From Candidatus Zhuqueibacterota bacterium (GTDB lineage: Bacteria > Zhuqueibacterota > Zhuqueibacteria > Thermofontimicrobiales > Thermofontimicrobiaceae): a stretch of DNA of 64,000 nucleotides. Shown here piece by piece: positions 1-9,570 of the stretch; within the stretch, counting starts at the first letter, position 1, and every line of letters begins with the position of its first letter. The stretch covers positions 765,527 through 829,526 of the forward strand of contig JBMOPW010000014.1 in the NCBI GenBank assembly GCA_049322915.1, given 5' to 3'. The notes below the pieces were generated by a model. It was given only the letters and a program-made list of their open reading frames with translations, was not told the DNA's origin and searched no databases. Both the position numbers and the translations under genes were made by a program.

Positions 1-1
1 G

Positions 2-1339
2 CACGATTCGGACGATTACAATCGGCTGACGCATAAAATCGCCCGGGAAGCCGGTCGGCGCGGGCCGAATGCGTTCCTGGAGAAAATGGTGGTGGCTGAT
101 TCCGCGCAGGCGAACGCGCCGATCAATTCGCATCTATTCATCGTGGGAAATGTGAGCGGCAATGCCTTGTTGAAAAAAATCGCTGATGCGCTGCCTATGG
201 TCGACTCGGACCAGGGGCTCCGTTTCGGCGATTCCTATTTCTTTGGAGAGGATAAAGCCGCGTTCTTCATTTATCCCAATCCATTGAATAGCAATTATCT
301 GATGATGGTTTGTCTGGCGCCGGCGCTGTCCGGCCTCAAAAACATCGAGCGCGTTTTCGACCTGAGTTACTACAATCAAATCTATCGCTACGATTACGTG
401 ATCATCGGGGACAGCGCGTCGCCGACGGATCGGCAGCACTGGCTGGACTTTGGGCACTTCGATGAAGGCTGGGGCACGAACTGGTTTCAGCCGCGGCTGC
501 GCAAAGGCCCGAAAAACTGGCTGGTGAATATGCTGGTGGGAATGGATGCGAACCAACTGTCCATCAACAGCAACTGGAGCGGCGGAGGCAAAGGCAGTTT
601 CACCTGGAAAATCTATTCCAGAATGGAATTCGAGAATAAAAAGAAGATCTATAATTGGAAGAATATGCTGTACTGCGCCTATGGACAAATTTCAGTCCAG
701 GAAAAAGAGCAATGGACCATCCCTGAAAAATCCAATGATGTGATTGATTTCGATTCGGAATTGAAATTCACACTGGAGCGATTCATCGATCCGTACGTCG
801 CTTTTGCCTTTGATACGCAATTCAGCGCCGGCTACAATCCAAAGACCAGAGAGCTGGTATCGCGCTTCCTCAATCCCGTGAAGCTGTCGCAGAGCGCCGG
901 GATCGCCAAGAGCATCAGCAAAAACAAGAAATTCCAGTTGACCACCCGATTGGGGTATGGCGCCAAGGAAGTGGTGGCTGGAGAAGTGGCGCTGCGCAAG
1001 CTATGGACCGGGGATGAGACCAAGTGGATGAAAATCGACGGCGGCGTGGAATGGCTCACTGAGTTCAAATCTGAATTCAATGCCAATATCACATTGACCA
1101 ATAAACTGAAGCTGTTCCAGGCGGTGTTTTCGTCCATCAGCGAAGACAAGGATCCGGATCGAAACTGGCAGCAGTTGGATTTGTATTGGGAGCAGATGTT
1201 CACCGCGCGGTTGACTCAGTACGTGCTGTTCAATGTGGTTGTGAAACTGATGTACGACCGCGATACGTCCAAAGGGGGACAATTTTTGGAAAACGCGTCG
1301 CTCGGAGTGAGTTATAAATTCAAGGGGATAGCGCTGTAG
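2..1339 (+). CDS. 5'-truncated protein with C-terminal DUF3078-like beta-barrel domain
   Basis: Frame is open from base 2. The C-terminal half (QLSINSNWSGGGKGS...KSNDVIDFDS...FDTQFSAGY...SRFLNP...LGVSYKF) matches the DUF3078 pattern. The N-terminal part (YPNPLN...DYVI...GHFDEGW) is a separate domain. Confidence 0.65.
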   Translation, partial: HDSDDYNRLTHKIAREAGRRGPNAFLEKMVVADSAQANAPINSHLFIVGNVSGNALLKKIADALPMVDSDQGLRFGDSYFFGEDKAAFFIYPNPLNSNYLMMVCLAPALSGLKNIERVFDLSYYNQIYRYDYVIIGDSASPTDRQHWLDFGHFDEGWGTNWFQPRLRKGPKNWLVNMLVGMDANQLSINSNWSGGGKGSFTWKIYSRMEFENKKKIYNWKNMLYCAYGQISVQEKEQWTIPEKSNDVIDFDSELKFTLERFIDPYVAFAFDTQFSAGYNPKTRELVSRFLNPVKLSQSAGIAKSISKNKKFQLTTRLGYGAKEVVAGEVALRKLWTGDETKWMKIDGGVEWLTEFKSEFNANITLTNKLKLFQAVFSSISEDKDPDRNWQQLDLYWEQMFTARLTQYVLFNVVVKLMYDRDTSKGGQFLENASLGVSYKFKGIAL

Positions 1340-1452
1340 GTTTAGTCAGATATTGTTGATAAGTAATTTTTGTACAAAATAAGCCGAAGCACCATCAAAA
1401 AAGTCCAAATTGATTTTTAGGTAATGAAAATTCAGGTTGATTTTATACTCTC

Positions 1453-1612
1453 TATCCTGAATTATTCATGAACTTGCTCAGAATTTGAGTCCACTTTTCA
1501 ATTAGCTAAAGGCTAAGCTATTTTGAAACTCAGTTTTTATACGTTCATTCTAAAAAGAGCACCATTCAGGTTAGCCAGCCTCCTTTAAAAATAATATGAA
1601 TAATGCAGGCTA
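1453..1612. mobile_element. MITE family A, copy 1
   Basis: Terminal inverted repeats TAtCCTGaATTATTCAT / ATGAATAATgCAGGcTA. A highly similar inverted copy lies at 58993-59159. Confidence 0.8.
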
Positions 1613-1664
1613 TAAGGTATATTATTAAGGCATGATAGAAAATTACTTTTTTGAATAAAGATAT

Positions 1665-1790
1665 GAATGACCGGTTAAAATTTTGGAGCCTCTATTATTA
1701 TTGGACATACGCGTAGTGGACGGTCGAGACCGTCCACCACAGACACAAAAAAGTATCGAATTTATTGCACATGCGTTCAACTGGTCAATC
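1665..1790. mobile_element. MITE family B, copy 1, with internal GTAG-type REP hairpin
   Basis: Ends GAATGACCGGTTAA / TTCAACTGGTCAATC with internal GTAGTGGACGGTCGAGACCGTCCA. An inverted copy lies at 9571-9697. Confidence 0.75.
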
Positions 1791-1818
1791 ATATTAATAG
1801 TCAACACAAGGAAAGTGG

Positions 1819-2078
1819 ATGTTTCCTGACTGGTGGAATTGGGAATTAGAACTAACTTCGCATTTGGAAAAATGGATGGTTGATCGCGGATTCAATGAGA
1901 TTGATCTGCGCATGATGTTTGAAAATTCAATTGATTGCATCAGGGATAATGTAAAAGGCGTTGGTTGGTCAAAACAAAACATAAAGAGAAAAACTGGGCA
2001 ATGATTTTGGAACCGGATGTCGAAGAAAAAGTAATCGTCGTTATAACTGCATATCCAGTTTATGGAGAGATAAAATGA
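1819..2078 (+). pseudogene. DUF4258-family (RelE/BrnT-like) toxin, frameshifted
   Basis: N-terminus PDWWNWELELTSHLEKWMVDRGF. After about 1957 another frame continues RWLVKTKHKEKNWAMILEPDVEEKVIVVITAYPV and stops at 2076-2078, overlapping the next ATG (ATGA). Confidence 0.75.
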
Positions 2079-2344
2079 TGGACAAATATTTGGAAATAAC
2101 ATACAGAAAAGGAAAAATGTTAGCAGCTTATTTATATCTGCCAAGAGAAATCGGTGAGAAAAGTATTAGGACAGAGAAGTTTTCTGATGGTATTCTGATA
2201 GATTATGGAAAGGAAAATCATCCAATAGGCGTCGAGATTGTCGATCCAAAGATGATTGATTTTGATATAATTAATCGTGTCATTTCAAAGCTTAGAGATT
2301 ATTCTGTTCAAGAAATAGATTTTGCCCCTCTTTTGCCAGTATAA
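2075..2344 (+). CDS. DUF2283-family putative antitoxin
   Basis: AAYLYL...ILIDYGKENHPIGVEI motif; coupled to the upstream DUF4258-like gene. Confidence 0.75.
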   Translation: MMDKYLEITYRKGKMLAAYLYLPREIGEKSIRTEKFSDGILIDYGKENHPIGVEIVDPKMIDFDIINRVISKLRDYSVQEIDFAPLLPV

Positions 2345-2366
2345 AGTATAAATCCAGTACGACACA

Positions 2367-2471
2367 TCAATTGAATAAAAATCTGAGATTGATGCGTACG
2401 CGAAATTCCCGCATAGCTGTATGAAAATCTCCTTCAGCTTTTTTTATCCATTCATGAACTAACTCGTTCAT
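2367..2471 (-). pseudogene. Truncated HEPN-domain toxin (N-terminal 34 aa only)
   Basis: MNELVHEWIKKAEGDFHTAMREFRVR resembles a HEPN N-terminal helix and overlaps the end of the nucleotidyltransferase gene. It stops before the rest of the domain. Confidence 0.7.
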
Positions 2472-2823
2472 TCAAAACCTTGCCGTTTTTTATAATATTA
2501 TTTATAAAAAAATCACCTGATTTTAGGCGTCTTTTTATCTCCGCCGGAGTTCTAACAATAATGTCGAGAGGATAATTGTGAGTCATTGCAAGGGAAATTT
2601 CAACACTGGTTTGAAATGTAGAATGTTTTGGCGTTAAAATAACCAATAAATCGAGGTCACTTTCTTCGGTTGGTTTGCCCTCCGCATAGGAGCCAAATAA
2701 GATGATTTTATCCGGATTAAACTTGCTGACAATCGTTTGAACTTTATCCATGAGATCATCCATAGTAGCGATCTTTTTCGGGAGTGATTTTATTCCGTTG
2801 AGCATAATAATGTCCTCAAACAT
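2452..2823 (-). CDS. Minimal nucleotidyltransferase (MNT) antitoxin
   Basis: ILFGSYAEGKPTEESDLDLLVI contains the GS-x10-DxD motif. The true start may be nearer 2763. Confidence 0.85.
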   Translation of the reverse strand: MFEDIIMLNGIKSLPKKIATMDDLMDKVQTIVSKFNPDKIILFGSYAEGKPTEESDLDLLVILTPKHSTFQTSVEISLAMTHNYPLDIIVRTPAEIKRRLKSGDFFINNIIKNGKVLNERVSS

Positions 2824-3106
2824 AATCGGATAATATTGATGTGTAGAATCCAGGTAAAAATAATATAAATTTTTAATGAATAAATTTCAAGCGAATTCTA
2901 TCCTAATTTGAGCGATTCGCTGTCAGCTTTCAGTCATCAGCTTTAAAAAATTCAAACAGATGAGCTTGGCACACTTTATTATCTTATAGGTGATTTCAGT
3001 GCTTGTATATAACGCAATGCTATTTCTTTAGCTCAGTGCTGATCACTGCAGGCAGAACGCATATTTTACAGCTGTAGTACAATTAGTGAAAACTTAACTT
3101 AATTTG

Positions 3107-3309
3107 GTAATTACTCAGCTCACGTATTTCGGAAGCTGCTGGTTATCTGGCGGGTTGATTTTTGAACACCACGATAAATCGTGGTGTTGGTACAATTTTG
3201 AACCAGCGCCATGCTTCAGCATGGTGATAGTAGATGCGCGCTAGAGAATTCAGCCGCTTCAGCGGCTTCCATTACATTTCAAAATAGTGAACACCTGAGT
3301 AGTAGTTAC
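3107..3309. mobile_element. MITE family C, copy 1
   Basis: Ends GTAATTACTCAG / CTGAGT(AGT)AGTTAC with internal hairpins CCACGATAAATCGTGG, CCATGCTTCAGCATGG, AGCCGCTTCAGCGGCT. A direct copy lies at 29521-29654. Confidence 0.7.
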
Positions 3310-3320
3310 CTTTTTTGCTT

Positions 3321-4070
3321 TCAACTCAGTTCCCCCATCAATTCCATGAACAACGCGGCTGCCGCGATGCCGGCAGTTTCTGACCGTAACCGGCGTGGCC
3401 CCAGCGTGAAGTTGTAGAATCCATTGGAGCGGGCTAATTTCACTTCATCCTGAGAAAAGCCGCCCTCCGGGCCAATCGCGATCAGCGCTGATTTGAGATG
3501 ATGCGACTTTCCTTTCAACTCGGCAATGAGTGCGGACAGGCCTGGAGCGCCGTGCGCCGGATGAGCAAAGAGGCCGAGCGTGAGTACGCTCTTTTGGGTT
3601 ATAACGTCCTGGATGGGCTGCGGTTTTTGAATCGCGGGCAAAACAGACCGGCCGCACTGCTTCATGGCGGCGATGGCGATATTCTGCCATCGGGTCCCCT
3701 TTGTCTCCGACTCTTTGATCAGGGAAAATTCGCAGAGGGTCGGAATGAATGAGGAGACGCCGAGTTCCGTCCCCTTCTCAATGACCAGTTCGAATCTGGC
3801 GTTTCTGGGAATGGCCTGGGCCAGCGTCAATTTAATATTCGGCTCGCCGGCAAATCGGACGCGTTTCTGAATTTCGGCCTGAGCGAAGTTCGTCTCCATG
3901 CGCGTCAATACTGCCGTATACAAATTCCCCACGCCATCGACGATTTCGACAACATCCCTCACGTTCTTCCGCAGCACCCGGGCGAGGTGTTTGAATTCAC
4001 TGCCTTTTATTTCCACGAGTGGCGGTGAGATGAAGCCCGGTTCCACATAAAAGTACTCGCGATGAGACAT
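3321..4070 (-). CDS. rsmE: 16S rRNA m3U1498 methyltransferase
   Basis: HLARVLR, EKGTELGV, AMKQCGR, IGPEGGFS and LGPRRLRSETA motifs. Confidence 0.95.
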   Translation of the reverse strand: MSHREYFYVEPGFISPPLVEIKGSEFKHLARVLRKNVRDVVEIVDGVGNLYTAVLTRMETNFAQAEIQKRVRFAGEPNIKLTLAQAIPRNARFELVIEKGTELGVSSFIPTLCEFSLIKESETKGTRWQNIAIAAMKQCGRSVLPAIQKPQPIQDVITQKSVLTLGLFAHPAHGAPGLSALIAELKGKSHHLKSALIAIGPEGGFSQDEVKLARSNGFYNFTLGPRRLRSETAGIAAAALFMELMGELS

Positions 4071-4126
4071 TTATTTTTTCCTGAATAATTGAAATAAATA
4101 TGTTGCTGAGAGGAAGTGGAATGTTA

Positions 4127-4293
4127 AAATACAAAATTCAAAGAAACAAATAACAAATAAATCACAATATCAACATCCAAAAAATCAAACGTATGCATGG
4201 CTGTATATTTTACTATTTAACGTCCGTATTTCAAAATTGAGTTTTTGAATTTAGTTTTTATTTGGCATTTGAATTTTGTTTATTGGAATTTTT
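4127..4293. repeat. Imperfect inverted pair of low-complexity short-period repeats
   Basis: An A/C-rich tract (AAATACAAAATTCAAAGAAACAAATAACAAATAAATCAC) is followed by a T/G-rich complementary tract (TTTGGCATTTGAATTTTGTTTATTGGAATTTT). A similar structure occurs at about 54695-54985. Confidence 0.5.
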
Positions 4294-4326
4294 TACCCAC
4301 ATGCACAAAACTTAATCCATAAAAAA

Positions 4327-5655
4327 TTAAAACGCCATCACCACCTCAGCGATTGCCTGCGGCGTCCACTTCGTATCGAAGGCGCATTCTATCCGTAACA
4401 CGTCGATGTACGGCAGGTGAAAGAACAGCCCTGCTCCAAAACCCGAGTTGAAATGCCTGTCGGACAGCGATTCGTCCTGATACCACACGGCGCCGGTATC
4501 GAAAAAGAGACCGCCGCTGACGCCGAATTTCAGATTGCTGGAGTACTGTTCAAAACCGGGCATTGGCTCGACATCGAAGTAGCGAATTTTCATGATCGGA
4601 AACCGCAGTTCCGCGCCGCCGAAGACAAGGTTTTCGCCCTCGACCACCTCATAAAAATGGCCGCGAATTCGCTCACTGTAACCGAAAAACACCCTGTCGT
4701 AGCTAGGGATTTCGCCGGATGACATATCCGCGGCGGCCCGCAAGGCCAGGGTCAGCGAGCGGCCGAGCGGCTGGTAACGACGAATATCCGCGCCGTAGCG
4801 AATATAATTGATCCAGTCATTTTCACCGACCTGCTTGCCCCAGACCAGCGCTTTCCAGCCCTGATGCGGAAATTCCTTCAGATCGCGGTTGTCGTACTGC
4901 GCGTCCAGTCGGACCGATGGCAGATAATCGATTCCGCCCGGCGATCGGGTCAGGCCGATTTCTGCCGGCGCTGAAATTTCAGCGTAGCTCAGCGTCAGCC
5001 CGATGAGCGTGAAATGGCCGAATCGCTTGCCGATGAGCCACTCGACGCCCTTTCGTTTGTCCTCGTAATCGCGGAGCGCCAGACTTTCGCTTCTCACACT
5101 TCCGCTGTAGATGGAGAAGTTGGTGAATAGTTGCAGATCGCCCAGGAACCAGGGATTGCGGTAACTCAATTTGAATTGGGGATTGTAGCCAAAAGCCGCG
5201 GTGAAATTCAACAGAATATTCCTGCCTAAAAAATTGTACCACAGCATTTTCCCGCCGTAGGTGATTTTGTCCCAGCTTCGTTCATTCAGATACAGCAGTG
5301 GGATCGGGAAAATATACCACTGCTCGAACACGGTGATCAGCAGAATTGCCCCCTCGGATTCACCGATGATATCGAATTTGACCCGCGTGAACAGCGAAAG
5401 GCTCTGCACGCGCTTAAGCCCGGCGAAAAGCTGTTCCAGGGTGACGGGAGCGAATTTTTTGAAATGCAATTCCCGAAGAATCACGTCCGGTTTGGTCACG
5501 TCGTTGCCGATGATGTCGATGCGGGTGAATGAAAATCGGCTCGTATCCGCGATGGCGGATTCATCGACTTCCACGGCGTTCACGTAAATCTGGCCGTAAC
5601 TGTCCGGCGCAGGGCAGAGCATTAAACTCAGGATGAGGAGTATTTTTTTCGTCAT
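4327..5655 (-). CDS. BamA/TamA (Omp85)-family outer membrane protein with POTRA domain
   Basis: Signal peptide MTKKILLILSLMLC, POTRA motif IIGNDVTKPDVILREL, IRG motif, FFDTGAVW, terminal Phe. Confidence 0.85.
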   Translation of the reverse strand: MTKKILLILSLMLCPAPDSYGQIYVNAVEVDESAIADTSRFSFTRIDIIGNDVTKPDVILRELHFKKFAPVTLEQLFAGLKRVQSLSLFTRVKFDIIGESEGAILLITVFEQWYIFPIPLLYLNERSWDKITYGGKMLWYNFLGRNILLNFTAAFGYNPQFKLSYRNPWFLGDLQLFTNFSIYSGSVRSESLALRDYEDKRKGVEWLIGKRFGHFTLIGLTLSYAEISAPAEIGLTRSPGGIDYLPSVRLDAQYDNRDLKEFPHQGWKALVWGKQVGENDWINYIRYGADIRRYQPLGRSLTLALRAAADMSSGEIPSYDRVFFGYSERIRGHFYEVVEGENLVFGGAELRFPIMKIRYFDVEPMPGFEQYSSNLKFGVSGGLFFDTGAVWYQDESLSDRHFNSGFGAGLFFHLPYIDVLRIECAFDTKWTPQAIAEVVMAF

Positions 5656-5776
5656 AATGGCATAGGATGAAAAGTTACACGTCGGCTTCAGCAGCTTCAG
5701 ACATGCGTCGAGCGCCGTCCCCTGATTCAGTTCGCTGCGATTGCGGTGCTCAAAATAGTTAAAATTAATTTCAGAA

Positions 5777-8053
5777 TCAAGGAGTATTTGGAAGCGCCCG
5801 ATGCATCTGGTCCAACGCCCCGACCATCGCTTTTTTGACCGCTTCATCGGTTTCACGATTTGCAGCAGCTTCCAAATCGGGCACGGCCGGGATATAATCC
5901 AACTCGAGAATCAGGCCAGCGGCAGCCTTGCGGATTTCCGGGTCGTCATCGCGCAGCCGGCCGGGCAGCCACTGGAAAAAATCCCGAGAGCCCATCTCCG
6001 TCAGCGCCTTCATGGCCGCCAGTTTTTCCGCGGTATCGGGCGAAATGAGTTTTCGCAGCAAGCTGGTCTCCTGTTTCACCCAATCCCCGGTGAACAGAAT
6101 TTCGTCGGAAAATCGATCCGGCTTCACCCACAGCGACGCATAGTCGAAAGTCGCCCGAGCGGCAGCCGAACGAACCATGCGGGGGACAATCCATCGCGCG
6201 CCGGGCGTTGATTCCGGGTGTCCGGCGCAGAGCACCGCCTTGCCTGTGCCGTAGGACGCCTCCAGTAAAAATGTCGAGCCGGGCATCTTTCCCGGGGGCG
6301 CGTCGTTGGTCAGATGCACATCGGATTGGAAATGAGCCAACGCCGCATAATCTGCCAATTGCGGATTCTGGCCCGGAGACAAAAGCGGGCCATTGGCGTA
6401 ATAACACCGGACAATTGTCCCGGGGTTATATTCTTTGAGCAGGCGCGAACCGGCCGGCGTCAATTCGATGTTCACCAGGCTTTTCCCGCGCTCGTAATGC
6501 TCCCGGTCGATGACATGGGCGTCGGCCAGGCCCAGCCGCCAGTCATAGTCCGGGTGGTCGGAGCCGAGATACGCGCCGGCGCAAATGCCAACATAGCCGC
6601 CGCCATGGGCGACAAATTCGCGGACATTTTTTCGGCCAATGTCGCCGAGACTGCCCGCCTGCCTGCTGCCACTGCCGCCGGGAAAAACCACTGCGTCGAG
6701 ATTGTCCAGCGCAGCATTGGCGATATCCACGCCGCTGAGCGTTCGGATTTCCATCTCCGGATCCAAGCTGAGCGCGGCGATGGTCTCTGACACGCATTTC
6801 TGATCCGCGCCAAAATCAGCGTACACGCCGACGCGGATGGGCTTGATTTTCTCTTGCAGCGACTGTCGCACGCGCTGAATTGCGCTGAATGCGCGCTGCG
6901 CCATGCGCTGGTGAAAGCCGGCCACTTCCACTTCGGTTGGGTAATTGGCGCGCCATTGAGCCAGAAGCGTTTCAGTCTCATGAAAAATACTGTCCTCGGC
7001 CGGGTAGGTCGTCTCCCAGATGTCCGCCAGTAACTCGGTCTTCAGGAATCTGCTTTTTTCGCCAAAGTCATAATAGACCCGCTTTTTGATGTCGTTCACG
7101 CCGGAGCAGAGGGGACTGTTCGGCTCATTGTCCAGCGACCCGGCAGTTTTTTGAGCGATGACCCAGCAGGGCACAGCGACGGAAAGAATTGGCTCGCCGA
7201 GCACGGCCCAGAACGTGGTGAGCGAGGGATTTTCACGGGTCAGAACGCCGTGGCACACGACCGCGGAAACAGTGGACCAGCGATTGATGGTGGTTTCGGT
7301 GAGGATCGTCCCGGCCGGATTCTCTCCGATTTTTTCGCGCAACGGAATTGAGTAGGGCGCCCCGCTCTCATCAGCCAGATCCCGGGCCACCTCCCGCAGC
7401 AGAAATTCAACGGAGAGTTCGTTTCGCTGCACTGCTTTTTTCCAGAGCATGTCGCCGCGGAGAAAGCGGGTCCTGCCGCCGGACCCGCCGCCGGTCTCTG
7501 CAAAATTTGACCGGACAATATAGCCGTACGGCGCGATGTTCCTGTCATTGGCATCGAATCGCGTGTAAGAATAATTGCCAGTTTCGAAAAACACAGCGCC
7601 GCCGAACGCATCGATGACGCCAAAATTGGCATTCGTCTGCCGACCCTGAGTGTTGGTGCGAATCAGAAGCTGCTCAAAATTTCTTGCGGTCACACAGGTT
7701 TGCAGCGCTTTTTTCATGATCTCGCCATTGTCCATGCCGGACTTTGAATGGCCCTCCAGATCGCGGGACGCTGAATTGATGATGCAGAATCCCATTTCAT
7801 TGGCGCCGGCCCAGATATGCTGCGAATGGCCAGCCGTGGTGATGGCGATGTATTTGAAACGGCCATCTTCGAAATAGGCGACCTCGTTGTTCGGCGCATC
7901 GGCGTCGCGATTTTTCCACAACAGGGGCCGTCCGTCTGCAGTCGCGGAACCGCTGGCGACTCCCACTGTACATTCTTCCGGCAATTCCTGACTCGTCGCC
8001 GGAACAGGGAACAGGATGAGGCAGAAAAGCAGGCCAATCATGAACGCGCGCAT
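5777..8053 (-). CDS. Secreted fusion: Ntn-hydrolase (C45/C69-like) + class I glutamine amidotransferase-like (BPL_N) + HEAT repeats
   Basis: CTVGVASGSATADGRPLLWKNRD follows the signal peptide. FPGGSGS, GGGYVGICAGAY and HPE mark the second domain. The C-terminus has HEAT-like LRDDDPEIRKAAA. Confidence 0.75.
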   Translation of the reverse strand: MRAFMIGLLFCLILFPVPATSQELPEECTVGVASGSATADGRPLLWKNRDADAPNNEVAYFEDGRFKYIAITTAGHSQHIWAGANEMGFCIINSASRDLEGHSKSGMDNGEIMKKALQTCVTARNFEQLLIRTNTQGRQTNANFGVIDAFGGAVFFETGNYSYTRFDANDRNIAPYGYIVRSNFAETGGGSGGRTRFLRGDMLWKKAVQRNELSVEFLLREVARDLADESGAPYSIPLREKIGENPAGTILTETTINRWSTVSAVVCHGVLTRENPSLTTFWAVLGEPILSVAVPCWVIAQKTAGSLDNEPNSPLCSGVNDIKKRVYYDFGEKSRFLKTELLADIWETTYPAEDSIFHETETLLAQWRANYPTEVEVAGFHQRMAQRAFSAIQRVRQSLQEKIKPIRVGVYADFGADQKCVSETIAALSLDPEMEIRTLSGVDIANAALDNLDAVVFPGGSGSRQAGSLGDIGRKNVREFVAHGGGYVGICAGAYLGSDHPDYDWRLGLADAHVIDREHYERGKSLVNIELTPAGSRLLKEYNPGTIVRCYYANGPLLSPGQNPQLADYAALAHFQSDVHLTNDAPPGKMPGSTFLLEASYGTGKAVLCAGHPESTPGARWIVPRMVRSAAARATFDYASLWVKPDRFSDEILFTGDWVKQETSLLRKLISPDTAEKLAAMKALTEMGSRDFFQWLPGRLRDDDPEIRKAAAGLILELDYIPAVPDLEAAANRETDEAVKKAMVGALDQMHRALPNTP

Positions 8054-8197
8054 GTGTTTTTATCCTCCTGACTGATGTGTAAGCAAGATTTTCTATTGAC
8101 TTTTTTCCCGAACTGTTTTATATTGATTAACTGATTAATTTAAAAAAAGATAATAAACTCATCGAAAAGATGCAAGCACTTTGAAAAAAAATTATTC

Positions 8198-9124
8198 ATG
8201 AATGCCCCTGTGCTGAAATGGCTTCTCGATGGCGACGCATCCATTCGCTGGCAGGTGTTGCGGGACATCGTTCGGGCTGACCCGGCGAGGGTCGCTTCGG
8301 AGCGGGAGAAAGTCGCTGCGACCGGCTGGGGCGCGGCATTGCTGGCCTGGCAGGAATCTTCCGGAATGTGGGGCCACGGGTTGTACTCGCCGAAATGGAT
8401 TTCCACCACATACACGCTGCTGGCGCTGCGGCATCTTGGCCTGTCGCCCGACAACGGGCAGGCGCAGAAGGCGTGTCAGTTATTGCTGGATCGCGGCTTC
8501 TACCCGGACGGCGGCGTCAACCTGTTCGCGTCATTGGATCATAGCGAAACGTGCGTGACAGGGATGATCCTTTCGTTGGTGGCTTATTTCAAATCCGGGG
8601 ATGAGCGCATGCATCGGCTTGTGGAGTTCCTGCTGGACCAGCAAATGGCAGATGGCGGCTGGAACTGTGAGTCGTTCCGAGGCGCGCGGCACAGCTCGTT
8701 TCACACGACGATTTCCGCGCTGGAAGGATTGCTGGAGTACGAAAATTTTCACCCGGGACGAGTCGCTGAATTGGCCGCAGCCCAACAACGCGGCAGGGAA
8801 TTTCTGCTGATTCATCGGCTGTATAAATCGCACCGGACCGGCCAGGTGGTCAATCCTGTGTTCACGCGGCTGTCCTTTCCGCCGCGCTGGCATTACGACA
8901 TCTTGCGGGCGCTGGATTATTTTCGGGAGGCTGGCGCAGTTCGCGATGAGCGGCTGGGCGACGCCATCGAAATCGTCCGGACCAGGCAGGACAAAGACGG
9001 GCGCTTGCCCCTGCAAAATCGCCATCCCGGCCGTACATTTTTTGAAATGGAAACGCCGGGTCAACCGAGCCGGTGGAATACCCTGCGCGCCATGCGCGTG
9101 CTGGACTGGTGGGAGGCGCGATGA
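8198..9124 (+). CDS. Prenyltransferase/squalene-cyclase-repeat (alpha/alpha toroid) protein
   Basis: QW-like repeats QESSGMW, QQMADGGWNC, RQDKDGRL; C-terminal PSRWNTLRAMRVLDWW. Confidence 0.7.
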   Translation: MNAPVLKWLLDGDASIRWQVLRDIVRADPARVASEREKVAATGWGAALLAWQESSGMWGHGLYSPKWISTTYTLLALRHLGLSPDNGQAQKACQLLLDRGFYPDGGVNLFASLDHSETCVTGMILSLVAYFKSGDERMHRLVEFLLDQQMADGGWNCESFRGARHSSFHTTISALEGLLEYENFHPGRVAELAAAQQRGREFLLIHRLYKSHRTGQVVNPVFTRLSFPPRWHYDILRALDYFREAGAVRDERLGDAIEIVRTRQDKDGRLPLQNRHPGRTFFEMETPGQPSRWNTLRAMRVLDWWEAR

Positions 9125-9513
9125 AGGGGCTTTCGAGACGACAGTTTGGGACGCTGATATCCATCCTGCTCATTACGCCCATTGGCTTTTACAGCAAATT
9201 CTACCGCGGCCCGGCTGCTCACTGGGTCAACGATTCTCTGGGAGGCCTGTTCTATGAAATTTTTTGGTGTCTGGTTCTGTACCTGTTTTTCAGCCAAAGC
9301 AAACCGTGGCTGATTGCATCGGTTGTGTTTTTTGCCACGTGCGGGCTGGAATTTCTGCAATTGTGGCGCCCACCGTTTTTAGAATACCTGCGCGGCTACT
9401 TCATCGGAGCGACCATTTTGGGCACGTCGTTCATCTGGACGGATTTCCCGTATTACGCGGCCGGCAGCGTTCTCGGGTGGCTGTGGGTTAAGAAGATTAG
9501 GGATCATACTTGA
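9121..9513 (+). CDS. DUF2809-family membrane protein
   Basis: LEFLQL...LGTSFIWTDF motif; ATGA overlap with the upstream gene. Confidence 0.8.
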   Translation: MKGLSRRQFGTLISILLITPIGFYSKFYRGPAAHWVNDSLGGLFYEIFWCLVLYLFFSQSKPWLIASVVFFATCGLEFLQLWRPPFLEYLRGYFIGATILGTSFIWTDFPYYAAGSVLGWLWVKKIRDHT

Positions 9514-9570
9514 TTTATGATCGCTCGGCATGTTTATGCCGAGCGGCTGATGGATTTAGCATATTAATTT

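Noticed and set aside
5656..5856. N-terminal extensions in the ORF track (here, and at 12028, 24406, 26874, 36845, 53631, 62069)
   Set aside because: Downstream starts have an RBS and/or a signal peptide, and some extensions overlap neighbouring genes.
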